Assembly: GCA_051294905.1 (NCBI GenBank)
Contig: CM119371.1
Span: 10,170,001-10,234,000, forward strand
Length of the DNA stretch: 64,000 bases
Direction of reading: 5' to 3'
Source of the DNA: Botryllus schlosseri
Taxonomy: Eukaryota
In this document: one piece after another, positions 1 through 12,289 of the stretch
Position numbering within the stretch: the first letter of the stretch is position 1
Layout: each line of letters opens with the position of its first letter
Translations under genes and position numbers: made by a program
The notes under the pieces: model-generated
Told to the model about the DNA's origin: nothing
The model's database searches: none
The model's input: the letters and a program-made list of their open reading frames with translations, nothing else

Positions 1-2780
1 AGACATGGAGACCCCGTAATGATTTGTTAAGCTAAATTATCTAATGACCGACCGCCGTCCTTCATTTCGTTGCATGGTTTATAGTAGAACAGATGGTTGA
101 TTTTTGCGGCAGTTATGACACACACACCGACTCATGCAGGTCGACGTTTTTTGCGTGTGAGGAAAGATTCTGCTAACATGCATCTGAAGACAAATTCGCG
201 GAGTGTAATAATACGTTTATCATGGATAATTTTTCAAGTTTTTCGGTCCCAGTGTCTCATCGGGATCACATCGCCGCTACCCTAAAATCGTTCTTACATT
301 CCATGATGAATTTTTTTTGCTGGCCAGTGTAATCAATTCGCGACATATTCATAACATTTGGGGATGCGCCCGCATCCCTCGTAACCCACTCTCCTACACC
401 ACTGTACTGAGATGACAAAAAAACGCACTACTTCGCCATGGCGTGCATAAGGCCTTTCACCAAGTCTTTTGTGTAACATATCTAAATAGGTCACAACAAC
501 AGGAAACCATCACGAAATGAAATTTTGCTGAGCAAATCATACACTAGAATGAATGCCAATTCTATGAAATCATAAAGCAAATTGGGTTATTCAAACAATG
601 TAGGCCTATTTGTATGTCATTCTATGAATTGTGGTGGCATCAAGTCAACAGATATCGGCCAGGCATTGCTATGCAGGAGAACAGGTGCAAGGTTACATCT
701 TACTACGTTACATGAATTTTGTCTTCTAGTCAGCAATGGTTAGAAAGTTAAGATTGTGCTTTTCGATTCTCGAACTTTGGTAATTAATTATTAAAGTATA
801 AATGTATTTTCGGTCCCAGTGTTTCATCGGTACCACATCTCCCCTTTCACAAAATCGTTCTTACATTCCATGATGAATTTTTTGCTGGTCAGTGTAATTA
901 ATTTGCGATATATCCATAACATTTGGGGATTGGCCGGCTTCCCTTGCAATCTCCCTCTCATACATCGATGTACTGAGATGACAAAAAAGCGCATCACTTG
1001 GCCATGGCGCGCATTAGTTTAGCCGTTTCACCAAGTTTGTTGTGTAACATACTTGAATACAGCAACAGGGCACCACCACGAAATGAAATTTCGCTGAGTA
1101 GATCATACAGTAAAATGAATGCCTATTCTAGGAAATCAGAAACAAATTTGGTTAATCAAACAATGTATTTATATATGATTCTATGAATTGTGGTGGCATC
1201 AAGTCAAAGGATATCGGCCAGGCATTACTATGCAGGAGAACAGGTGCTAGGTTACATCTTACTACGTTACCTGAAATTTGTCTTCTGGTCAGCAATAGTT
1301 AGTAGAGGTGGTCAGTAACGAAGTACTGCTACCTTTTCGAAGTACTCAAGTAGTTTCGTTCTCTACTTCTGGTACTCACTCAAGTAGGTCTGATTTTAGC
1401 TACTTCCACTTCTACTTCGTAATATTTTGTGATCTACTTACTTTTTTATGTTTTTTTTTTTGGGGGGGGGGTATTCATGGTGTTTGTCGACTACTATGGT
1501 CAATTGGTCATTTACACCAGACCGATATTCTTCTTATTTTTCCGTAACTGCCGACTTACTACTTACTTACTTACTTACTTTCTTTTCGCTATTTTCAGTT
1601 TGTCAAGTAGAAGTAGTTTAATCCTCCAATCAGGATAATAGCCTGGGCAATTTCGGGGCTGTTTTCACGGAGTATCTACATTCAATTTTCATAAAAGTTG
1701 AGTAAAGCCCAGAATTTTCTTCGCGCTTCGCGCTCAGTGTATAAGGCGTAGCCAGTATGATTTCACGAAAGTATCGGTGAATATATATTAGGTAGAGGGT
1801 TGGCGTGGTTCCGTTCACACCGCATTGTGTCACCCTTCGCCGATATGAAATCACTGTATATATGGCTCATCATAACGCTGGAAACTGATGTTCGCAATCT
1901 AGCATTTACTTATCGTATCGTAATCTAGCAGTCCATGGCGTGTCCTAATCTGGAAAAGTGGACTCTGACTTTCTTTTTAGTTTTGGAGCTGTTTTAGCAT
2001 ACCACCTTTAAAAATTTCTGGATAAAGACATGAAATACATTTTTCACTTTTAGAAATAGTCTTTATATTTCACTTTCAATTTCCAGTATCATACACTTTG
2101 AGTTTCAATTAACATCAGTTCTTTTGTCTGGATAACATACACGTTGAGGTATAAAAGCAAGTGCCTTTAATTTCCGGAAATAAAGCTACACAATATGGCA
2201 TTTTTACGGTACACTGTATTTTTTATTAACGTTTGCTAATCGCGCAAAGTGTTTACACCGTATCCTATACAACTTCTACGTATTGCTCTTCGACTAAACT
2301 ACGGGCCTTATAATATGGGGGAGTGCGCCATACCATGATATTTTCTAAATCGTGCTGTTCGATTAAATAGAAGATTAGTATCGCATTTTCATATCAATAC
2401 TATTGTTTTCATCCTATGACGCGGACTAATGCTTATGCTGTCGAAAATTGAATACCTCTTTGTATGCATCAAGCTCGTCACCTTTCGCATAGCTCAATCT
2501 GCACCTATTTACAAGCCATGCGAACGAATTACGATCGTTTTCACAGCTACTTACTTGAGTAGATTTGAAGTTAGCCAATTCTACTTCTACTTCAAGTAGT
2601 TTCAGGTTGCTTATGGAAGAAGTACTTCTACTCGTACTTGAGTAGAGTTTTTTCCTCGCTACTTCTACTTCTACTTGAGTAGCTTTCTTGACTACTTTGA
2701 CCACCTCTGATAGTTAGAAAAGTTAAGATTGTGATTGTCGATTCTCAGACAGTGTTAATTAATTATTAAGTTATATATAT
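1..2780 (-). pseudogene. Tandemly duplicated ~570-bp segment carrying a decayed minus-strand reading frame of unknown family
   Basis: ~240-806 is repeated at ~808-1302 plus ~2710-2780, with the second copy split by a MITE. The minus strand reads as a long frame with scattered stops (..FILLYDLLSEISFRGGALLLYSSMLHNKLGETAKLMRAMAK*CAFLSSQYIDV*EEIAREAGQSPNVMDISQINYTDQQKFIMECKNDF..). No family recognised. Confidence 0.35.
1303..2709. mobile_element. Non-autonomous hAT-type element with AGTAGAAGTA-type subterminal repeats
   Basis: TIRs (t/c)agaggtggtca..tgaccacctctg. Perfect 8-bp TSD atagttag (1295-1302, 2710-2717). The empty site is visible in the paralogous duplicate at ~735. Confidence 0.85.
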
Positions 2781-2956
2781 GTTATCATGGCCTTTCTTAT
2801 AATAATGAGTTCTCGATTTTGAACTTTGAAGCATTGCTATCGTATTGTAGATACACATCAGGTCAGAAGTCGATATAGTAAATAGTACATGTTTTAACGC
2901 CGGTGGGGTTGGTACACTTGCGTAGAACTAGATAGAGTTAAACGAATGGTACATAA

Positions 2957-3940
2957 TAGGGATGGTGTGAACCCCTAAAAGTTCTGGTTTGTGTGAACGC
3001 GAACCTTTTTGTAAGATTCTATGAAACGCGAATGCGAACACGAACCTATGACTTGACGTCATATTGGTAATTCCAATCCTACATTACCGAAAAGTAATAT
3101 ATTTATGTTATAATGCATACGAGACCTAGCGACGGCTCAGGTCACATTATGCCACAATGCTGAAGTAGGCCTACATGCTGACTTTTTAGGCATCACCAAA
3201 TGTGTACCAACATGACCGATCATATGCTATAATAATTCCATAAAATCAAAATGTTCTGTCGCTTTGCCAACAATTTCAATGGAGACTTGTAAGTTAATAT
3301 AAGCCTACGCCTTAACGGTCTATAGACTAGACCGCTATATGTATTCGTGAGGCGTCAGACTATTGCTATTGCTTGCTATCGCTATTGCTTTTGATCATAG
3401 TGAAAAGTGATTTCTATACGGGCCTTCTTGCTACAGATACTTCCTAATAAACAGGTTATACATTAACGAACGCCCCAATCAGACGCCTATGATATAATAA
3501 ACATATCAAGATGGATCCCGCACGCCTGTAGATTTTTTACATTAGACAACGACCCATTCCTTGGTAGAAGAAGCACTATTCGCTGACTCACTTCGTGTAG
3601 TCTAATTCATTCTTGATGCTGTGTGATTTCGCGTCAAGCAAAAAGCTGAATATTTCGAGCAAACTTTTTTAACAAAGCTAATAACTTTTTTTTAAATTGG
3701 CAAGATGCATGTTCATATAGTGTTGTGAATTTTTTTTCATGCTGCAAGCGCCATACGCAGATTGGTCCGAAGTTGAAATACAAAGAATTTTAACCAAAGA
3801 TATTGACGTGAAGAATAGTAATATATGAAAAAGGTTCACCTTGCAGAACTTACCAAAGCTGCTTTGTAAACGGAAACCTCCAAATTTATCAGGTTCGTAC
3901 ACAGAACGCGAACGTGAACCTCACACTCACACCATTCCTA
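2957..3940. mobile_element. hAT-type MITE, TAGGGATGGTGTGAAC family
   Basis: TIR tagggatggtgtga..tcacaccattccta; TSD gtacataa/gaacataa; GAAC-rich subterminal repeats. Homologous to 27513-28492 and 55751-56761. Confidence 0.8.
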
Positions 3941-6790
3941 GAACATAAGCTGACTTCCCACACCACCGATACTGTTATGACGCATGCGTGAATAATCCTC
4001 GTTTGTACTCGATTCTACTCAAATCCCTCCAGCTCCCGGTTTTGCCCTGCGCCAACTATTACCATAGTCGTAATATTATCTATATTCAAAGTTTATTATA
4101 ATCCTATCATAGCTATGTCCGCTCCATCGAAAGTTATACATGAAGATGCATTCAACAGGGAGGAAACGGTGCAGAATTACATTCAAAGTAGACCACGTGC
4201 CTTGATGGATATTCCGGTTCGGATTGTCATTGAGCGACTTAAGCAATTAGGGAAAGTACGTCAACGGTCCGCATGCCTACTTGATGTGGGATGTGGCAGT
4301 GGCAAATTAACCAGATTGTTGGCGAAAAACTTTGACCATACGATCGGAGTAGACGCAAGTGCTCCTATGATATCGTACGCCATTGCTTTCGATAGCGACA
4401 ATTCAGACATTGAGTTTAAAGTAACAAATGCGGAAAAACTGCCTATTGAAGATAATTCTGTGGACGTTATTACAGCCATGTTTGTTGTACACCAAGCCGA
4501 CCTCGAGAAGTTCATTCCCGAATGCAAACGAGTGCTAAAACCAGGTGGTGTCGCACTATTTTACCGGCACCAGATATCAAAAATACTGTCGGCTGAAGAT
4601 GACGCTCTACCCATAATAGAGGGACCGGTAAAAATGATGATTCGACAGCTATTGGAAAAGGCGAGAGAAATGTTGCACCCGACCTTTCACACACATGAGC
4701 TCCATCGAACGCAATTTGACGCGATCAGCTGGGAAAAGAAAAGCAGAGAGATAAATGAGCTGGAATTTGCGCCTGGTTCCCTGTGGACTCTTGGCTCATG
4801 GTCTCGCTTCTATCATACCCTTCCGTTCCATCAAAAATTGCGTGAAAACAGCTTAAATCCACTGGCTGAACTCGTCGAAGCTGTGAAAAATACCTGGTCG
4901 ATGCAGGATCGGGATTCCGACGACATCAAAATTAGAGTGGTGTACAAGACGGTGATGATTGTTTTGGAATAGCAACATGTTAAAACATTCAATGAAAAAT
5001 GGATAATGTCTTGCTTATCTTATAGTGTAAAATCATGAAAATGTTGTTTATAAAGTTACGTGGAAGTGTAATGCGTGAAAAGAGATTAATACCACATCAC
5101 GAAACATCATGTGTCATCACCGGTGGTAGGCAACATGTAGTCCTCCGGCCGTGTCCGATTCACAAGTACTTCGTTACTGGCGAAGTATAAATGCTCGAAT
5201 ACTTGCTTTAAATGTCACGAGAAGATTCGGAATTATAGTGGTCGAGATTGCCTAAAATAATTTAGATTATCTTAAAATTAAAAATTTAAACGGGTGGGCA
5301 ATTCCCTGCACAGACAACCGATGTTCCCACCACTACCTCTCCAAATCTCCTGAAATTTGGTACACGCACAGATGAGCTAATTCGAGCTATTCGAAACATG
5401 TATGTTACTTTTGAAATTTTTATATGGCTCCCTAATGATTGCAATGAAAATAAAGGGTATATGTAAATCATATGCCTCAACTATGCATTTGCATATTGCA
5501 TATGATGATAAAGTACAATTTGCGCGACAATATTGCGAATCGTAACCGTCAGAATTGTCGAATCAACAAAAGTCACAGTTAATTTAAATTTCATATGGTT
5601 ATTTTTCGGTCTTGGTTTAATATTCTGAATAATTTTCTTGTTTCATCAGCAGCCCTATTCATTGAGTAAAATCAGGACCACTAACATGGATCGCGTATTC
5701 TGATTTAATTTGGTAGAGTAAATTCAATGCAGCTCCGTATCGAATAGACAGGAATTGCAATGACGAAGAGTCCTATTCCCATTTCTCAATTAGCTCGTCA
5801 CAACTTCTGTTCCCATTCCTATTTCTATGACCGCAACTTGGAACCGCACCGAAAAAGCGGTTGCGATGGTGTTATTGACTTAATATAGTCGGGTACATGT
5901 GTTGAACTCCAATAATTTTTGATAGCTTTGCGGGATATATTATTCGCTGGAAAGGGAAAGTGTTTTCACCGTAAGAGCTGTTCTGGTTTGGATGGATCCG
6001 AAAGTCTGTTACCAACAACCAATGCCGTAGCAAATATTTTGTATCATATTCTTTATTTACGTACATCGTCATACCATAGTGCTAAGTGACGTGTCCAGTG
6101 GGTTTGATGTTGAGTTTGATTGGATTGCCTTCGTCAAACGAAATCCATGGGTATCCGTTCCTCGTTCTCTCAATCAGGTTTCGCATAAGTCAAGTTAAAT
6201 CGGCGACAAGAATGACAACACCAAATACTGTTGTATGTGCGAGAACTGAAATAAAAATTATGTTTAAATGAAATAACACAAAAAAACCGTTTAACTTATT
6301 CACGTTGGCAGTATAGATTTCCACATATAGTAAACTCCTTCAGAAGTTCGATATTAATAGCATTTGTTTCAGTACGCTACGTTTCGCAACCCATATACGA
6401 TGGCGAGGCCCCGACCGCTCGACCAGCAAATAAAAACAATCCGGTGAGAGTTTGAACATAAAACGCAATCTGTTCCTGGTGTGCCTACTGACTTCGTTGA
6501 TGTTGGCAATATAGGTCGTCGCATTGCAGGTATTTGTGCTCGAGCAGAAAACAGGATGTCGCTATTTCACTCCTCTTTTGGACATCCGGTTTACCGTCAT
6601 AGCATTCAGTAGGGCGGTTATTTTTTTTTACCTAAAAACTCGATATTTACTTCATTATGGCATTTTCGACATTAAAAGACTTGATTTTGACAAATATTTG
6701 CCATGATGTATGTAAATTAGGCGTTTTGCACACAGTGTTAAAATCGTACTACTTTTCTTCGTTTCTGGTGTGAACTGCCTGTTCTTACGA
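3810..6790 (+). repeat. Direct segmental duplication unit (paralog at ~11120-13930) containing the methyltransferase gene
   Basis: Upstream and downstream non-coding flanks align between the two copies, e.g. gtgctaagtgacgtgt..gtgggtttgatgttgagtt at ~6080 and ~13230, and ttcgtttctggtgtgaactg at ~6760 and ~13890. Confidence 0.9.
4115..4972 (+). CDS. Class I SAM-dependent methyltransferase (Methyltransf_11-like, small-molecule type), copy 1, intronless
   Basis: 285-aa intact ORF with motif I LLDVGCGSG, post-I IGVD, AEKLPIEDNSVDVIT and motif III RVLKPGG. N-terminal YxxxRP is typical of the TMT1/Crg1/DDB_G0268948-like group. Confidence 0.92.
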   Translation: MSAPSKVIHEDAFNREETVQNYIQSRPRALMDIPVRIVIERLKQLGKVRQRSACLLDVGCGSGKLTRLLAKNFDHTIGVDASAPMISYAIAFDSDNSDIEFKVTNAEKLPIEDNSVDVITAMFVVHQADLEKFIPECKRVLKPGGVALFYRHQISKILSAEDDALPIIEGPVKMMIRQLLEKAREMLHPTFHTHELHRTQFDAISWEKKSREINELEFAPGSLWTLGSWSRFYHTLPFHQKLRENSLNPLAELVEAVKNTWSMQDRDSDDIKIRVVYKTVMIVLE

Positions 6791-7507
6791 AGTAGCTTGA
6801 CCAGAAAAAACTAGTGTTTCGTTTGAATGTTTTAACGAGACTTGAGTAAAGATGAGTAATTTCATATATTGCAAAATGCTTGATCAATTCAAATGCCGAG
6901 TAACCAAAATATTAAGAATTAGGAGATTACAACATAGCTGAAAGCTCATGTTCAAGCCGAAGTTCTGACGGTACTGCAAAGCGAGCGAATGAAGTCGTGA
7001 CTGAGATAACATGTTAAATAACCTTTTCTGACGTATTTTGAAACATCCACCAAGTAAAATTTAATCAATCTAGTTCGTATTTTGGTATTTTATCGCTTCA
7101 AAACACCATCAAATTGCGATAAGATGGCGTCATTGAGACATCATCATAATTTCGAACGGCACAATGAGAATCTGATGTTATTGAGCTACTGTGAAAATTA
7201 CTTTCGTCTCCGGGTATTGTACATAGACACACACATTTATAACATTGCAGAAAATGTGTTGTTATTGGCAGCGTCACGTCATAGATTCATGTTAAAATTT
7301 CGACTCATATCTAGCCTTTTACCCAAGATCGTGTTCACCAGAATCAGGAGAACCAGGACCTTATCTGAGATTCCCACCATGACCAAGTTCTGACAGTCCT
7401 GCATAATAGCGAGCGACTGAAGTTGTTATTGGGATAGCAAGTTAAAATAACCTTTTCCAACGTCAAGTAAAATTATCATGGTTCTAGTTCGTATTTTCGT
7501 ACTAATT

Positions 7508-7692
7508 GAATAGAAATGCGATATCTTTCAGCTCTCTTTTCATGCTGTAAGTCGGTGATGTCTGCATTAAAGGCATTTTTTAGTTTAGTGCTGGATCATC
7601 AAGTAGCTTAGTTCGCCATGTTCGCAAACAGGCGGCCTGTCACACACAAAGTATATTACTAAAACGCAGCCAAATAAGGGCAATAAAAGATG
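7508..7692 (-). pseudogene. Fragment of the FLVCR/SLC49-like MFS gene (FVCDRPP region)
   Basis: Aligns with ~24975-25155 (shared aacaggcggcctgtcacacacaaa and gaatagaaatgcga..tctttcagctct). Confidence 0.7.
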
Positions 7693-8213
7693 CAACAAAA
7701 AAGGGTAGAGTATAGACAGGTTTGTTTGTTTGTGTGGGTTATTCATGGTGTTTGTCGACTACAATGGCCAATTTTAAATGACTGACAATCAGCAAAATAA
7801 ATATTGCAATACCTAATACATTACTCTGGGTAGGATAATGTTCATACCATTTCTTGTAAGGTATAAGTTTACCTGATATTAACCATTATTATCCAATAGC
7901 TTATACCACGGGTCTCCCGATTTCATAGTTCGGAAGACCCCACGAGCCACAGATATGCTACAACAGGGATGGTCTGCCAAAACGAACACCACAATTGCCG
8001 AGTAAAAGGTGGCTGGTTTAGCTAAACTCGCAGCCTTACTGTCCTCCGTCATCGTAAATATATACATTTAGCGATGTATAGCAAATCGGACGAAGTGCGG
8101 ACGTTGATTCACATTCATGGAATTCGACTAAACTGATGATATTAGAAGAAAGTAATCAGTTTTTAAGTATTAGACACAATGCAGGATGACCAATTGGGCA
8201 TCTTATCGCAAAG

Positions 8214-9872
8214 CAGACTTGGACAACTAGATAATTCTAATAGTTGTCTAATTTCACTAAATTAGAGCGAAATGCCAGTAATCTAATTCTAATCTAATTT
8301 GTGAAATGTCTGTATGATCTAATTCTAATTCTAATCTAATTTGTGAAATCGTCCTATGCTCTATTTCTAATTCTAATCTAATTTGTCAAATGTTCCTATG
8401 CTCTAATGTTAGTTCTAATCTAATTCATTGTTTTCCTGTAAATGCGTCTTTGTCCGCGGCATTTTGCATCGAGAATATCCCTCTCGCACAGGGAAATTCA
8501 GTGCCAAGCCGCAATCGCGGCTTACATACACCGTACAGTCTTATTATAGTTAATATGACGAATAATAGCCATGCTGGCATAGTAGCTTGTTGTCTGCATA
8601 CAACATTCTAGTTTCCATCACAAACAGAACAGCAGCGAAGAAAAAGAGATAGTTAACACGGGCTTGTTCACTTTCATGCCCTTAACTACATCATCTCTAA
8701 CCAAAGAAAATACATTAGAGAATAAATTGGAAAGACATTTCGAAGCAAAGCGTGAGAGCATGGACTGCGATGTTTTAAATTACTGGCGAAGAGAAAATCG
8801 TTTCCTCATCTTAAGGCATCTGCTCGATAACTTGTAGGCATGACTTCAACATGAACTCAACCGGAAAAAATTTTCAGCCATGCAGGAGAACTGCAGTTGT
8901 CGCCAACTCAAAACGGGTCGCTGCCACTTTTAAATTTCGTAGCGGCCGCTGGCCGCAATAATGCAATATCGAGACAAAATGGCCCACACAGTTGAGCAAC
9001 CATGGTTTTAAAACTTTACGTTAATACAACGGCGTGCTCACTAACATGGTCGATTGGTACGGTTAGCACAAAAGAAGTAATATTCTATCAAGGAAGTACA
9101 TATAAAACACGAAATATCATGATCATAAACTTCATTTTATTTTGAACAATGAGCTGCGAACGATACCTGACCAGCCTTTTCAGCAACAAACGAATCGATA
9201 TTGGGGATAGGCAGACATGTTACTCGCTGAAACACTATCTCATCCTGAACACTGATCTTGTGGAAAATCCCTATAGGCCGTTTTCCAAGCGTCTGGGTTT
9301 TGACAGTGTCTTGGCCATTGTAGCCTATGCCAATAAGGCAATATGCCCATATCAGTTTACTCTTCATCGATGTTTCCATGGCCAAAGCTGTTTCAGCTAG
9401 TGAGGAATTGTGTTGTTGAGCACAGGCGAATAGTTATTTTGAAACAACTACAATAATTTGATACTGAAATCAATTTCAGCCTTTCAAAATGCTTTATCGC
9501 GTTCTTCCAAAATCACAAATCAGATCGTCACCCGCATGTGGCCGCGTATTGGTGACTCTGGTATAGTGCAAAACGAGACAAGCTTGATGTACAGACGTTA
9601 ACCATTCTCAAACATATAGGAATGCACATTGATATGACATGAACTGAGCTTAAATTTTGCAGTATTTATTTTTCATTCACAATTTCATTGAATTTCCAAG
9701 TTTTTGCGAAGTCAGAAATTCTGTTGAGCTCTAATTCTAATTCTAATCTAATTTGGAAAAATTCTGTAGCTCTAATTCTAATTCTAATCTAATTTGGAAA
9801 AAACTGTGTAGCTCTAATTCTAATTCTAATCTAATCTGGAAAAGCTGAAAATTTTCTAGTTGTCCAAGTCTG
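8214..9872 (+). mobile_element. Internally deleted hAT element with a transposase C-terminal remnant and a nested insertion (~8894-9560)
   Basis: TIR cagacttggacaactaga..tctagttgtccaagtctg; perfect TSD tcgcaaag; tctaattctaatctaattt subterminal arrays. Decayed hAT dimerisation domain DVLNYWRRENRF/PHLKASAR*LVGMTST*TQPEKIFSHAGEL resumes as YSAKRDKL at ~9562. Confidence 0.88.
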
Positions 9873-10059
9873 TCGCAAAGGCTGAAGGGTGTATAATTTT
9901 AGAGCTAGCTACACTCGATCGGGATTCATGGGAGTGAGAGCGACTGAAGAATGACCTCTAGAGAGATTGGAGGATGTCCACGAGAACGCAAAAAGCAAAG
10001 ACCCAGGGACAATATAAAATTCGTGTCGTGTAGAGCACAAGGCCTAAAAAGACTCGCAA

Positions 10060-10530
10060 GCAATCCTCAATCTCCTCGGTAGACTCGCTAGCGTGGTGGT
10101 GATTTGCGTGATCGGTGGAGGGATCAGCATTCGGCAAATCACTTTGCTAGCCTGCATCTTAAACGGATACCCCACTCTCCTTGTTTCGACGGGAGTGTTC
10201 TTTAAAGTATTCGAACTTTTAGCTGCTGGGATGTTTCTGTCCGGATCCGCTGCCGGAGTTATAATACGGTATTACTAATACCGATAACACAGCTGGTGTC
10301 CGTTAATTGATTTCCGTAACATGATAGAGGAAAGGCGACAGCAATGTCATCGGCTACTAGGCGGATAGCCTCTTTGATGTCTAACTTGGTTGATACAAGA
10401 GCAATAGGGATTCCGTATAGCCATCAATAGTTTCATAATTTATTTTATATTCTCATCAACTTCCGAAAATATAGGTCGCAGATTTAAGATTGTTTTCGCT
10501 TCGACATTTGGGTCATTGTCGTTGATACTG
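10060..10530 (+). pseudogene. Fragment of the FLVCR/SLC49-like MFS gene (N-terminal TM region)
   Basis: ORF 10093-10278 VVICVIGGGISIRQITLLACILNG closely matches 25112-25573 VVVICVIGGWISLRQITLLACVLNG. Frameshift and stops follow. Confidence 0.8.
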
Positions 10531-11431
10531 ATTGCTATAACGGTGGTACATTGCAACTGTATGTACGGACCTACGAATTATGAGATTTGTGTTATCCAAT
10601 TTCAACAGTGAGTATGTTCATTGTTCAATTGTTCTTGTTCTGTTCATGTTCAAGGCGAGAAACATCGAACATTACTATACTGAGGTATCTATGAAACTTA
10701 CAATTATTCCAAATCGTGAGCGCCATCTGGCGTATTCTCGAGAAGTTGTGCAGAAAATCGACACAAAATCGAGCTGCGCCAGAATCGAACACGAGCATAG
10801 CTTATATATGTGAGATGCGGTAGGTTTGTGATGGCATAACATCATAATTATTCTTCGTTGTTAGGTTTTATATCCTAATTGTATTCGATGATGTGATGAC
10901 CTTATTATGAAGAAAACGTTTAAATTAAACAATCACCAAGTTCCATGACGAAATCATTACTGATAGTTAATTCGAATTTAGTGCCTCGTCACAGATTCCC
11001 GGGAATCTATCGCAAATCATTACGGCTGCTGGATAGTAGAAGTGTTTTCAACCACTTTCCATGATCTCAATTTTGCCTTCGAGAACATGCATTCGACGCA
11101 TGTCGGGTACCAACGATGTTATGTTGACATGAAGAATAGTAATATATGAGAAAGGTTCACATTCCAGAACTTGCCAAAGCTCCTTTGTAAACGCAAACCT
11201 CAAATTTATCAGGTTCACACACAAAACGCGAATATGAACTTCACACTTACACCACCCCTAGTACATAATTGACTTCCCACATCACTAATACTGTTATGAC
11301 ATATCCGCGAATAATCCTCGTATACCCAGATCTACTTAAATCACTCCAGCTCCCGGTTTTGCCCAGCGCCAACTAATACAATTGTCGTAATATTCTCTAT
11401 GTTCAAAGTTTAATATAATCCTATCATAGCC

Positions 11432-12289
11432 ATGTCCGCTCCCTCGAAAGTTATACCCGAAGATGCCTTCAACAGGGAGGAAACGGTGCAAAATTACATT
11501 CAAAGTAGACCGCGTGCAATGATGGATATTCCGGTTCGGCTTACCATTGAGCGACTCGGGCAATTAGGGAAACTAGATCAACGGTCCGGATGCCTACTTG
11601 ATGTGGGGTGTGGCAGTGGCAAATCAACCAGATTGTTGGCGAAAAACTTCCACCATACGATCGGAGTAGACCCAAGTGCTGCTATGATATCGTATGCCAT
11701 CGCTTTCGATAATGACATGGCAGGCGTTGAGTTTAAAGTTGCAAATGCGGAAAAACTGCCTATTGAAGATAGTTTTGTCGACGTGATTACAGCGATGTTT
11801 GTTGTGCACTACGCCGACCTCGCGAAGTTCATTCCCGAATGCAAAAGAGTGCTAAAACCAGGTGGCATCGCACTATTTTACCGGCACCAGATATCAAAAA
11901 TATTGTCTGCTGAAGATGACGCTTTACCCGTTATAGACGGACCGGTGAAAATGATGATTCGACAGCTATTGGAAAAGGCGAGAGAAATGTCGCACCCGAG
12001 CTTTCACACATATGAGCTCCATCGAACGCAATTTGACGCAATCAGCTGGGAAAAGAAAAGCAGAGAGATAAATGAGCTGGAATTTGCGCCTGATGCCTTG
12101 TGGACTCTTGGCTCATGGTCTCGCTTCTATCATAACCTCCCGTTCCATCAAAAAGTGCGTGAAAGCGGCGTAAATCCACTGAGCGAACTCGTGCAAACTG
12201 TGAAAAATACCTGGTCGATGCAGGATAGGGATTCCGACGACATCAAAATTAGAGTGGTGTATACGACGGCGATGATTCTTTTAGAATAG
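11432..12289 (+). CDS. Class I SAM-dependent methyltransferase, copy 2, intronless
   Basis: 285-aa intact ORF with the same motifs as copy 1. About 41 substitutions by manual count (~86% identity) and no indels. Confidence 0.92.
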   Translation: MSAPSKVIPEDAFNREETVQNYIQSRPRAMMDIPVRLTIERLGQLGKLDQRSGCLLDVGCGSGKSTRLLAKNFHHTIGVDPSAAMISYAIAFDNDMAGVEFKVANAEKLPIEDSFVDVITAMFVVHYADLAKFIPECKRVLKPGGIALFYRHQISKILSAEDDALPVIDGPVKMMIRQLLEKAREMSHPSFHTYELHRTQFDAISWEKKSREINELEFAPDALWTLGSWSRFYHNLPFHQKVRESGVNPLSELVQTVKNTWSMQDRDSDDIKIRVVYTTAMILLE

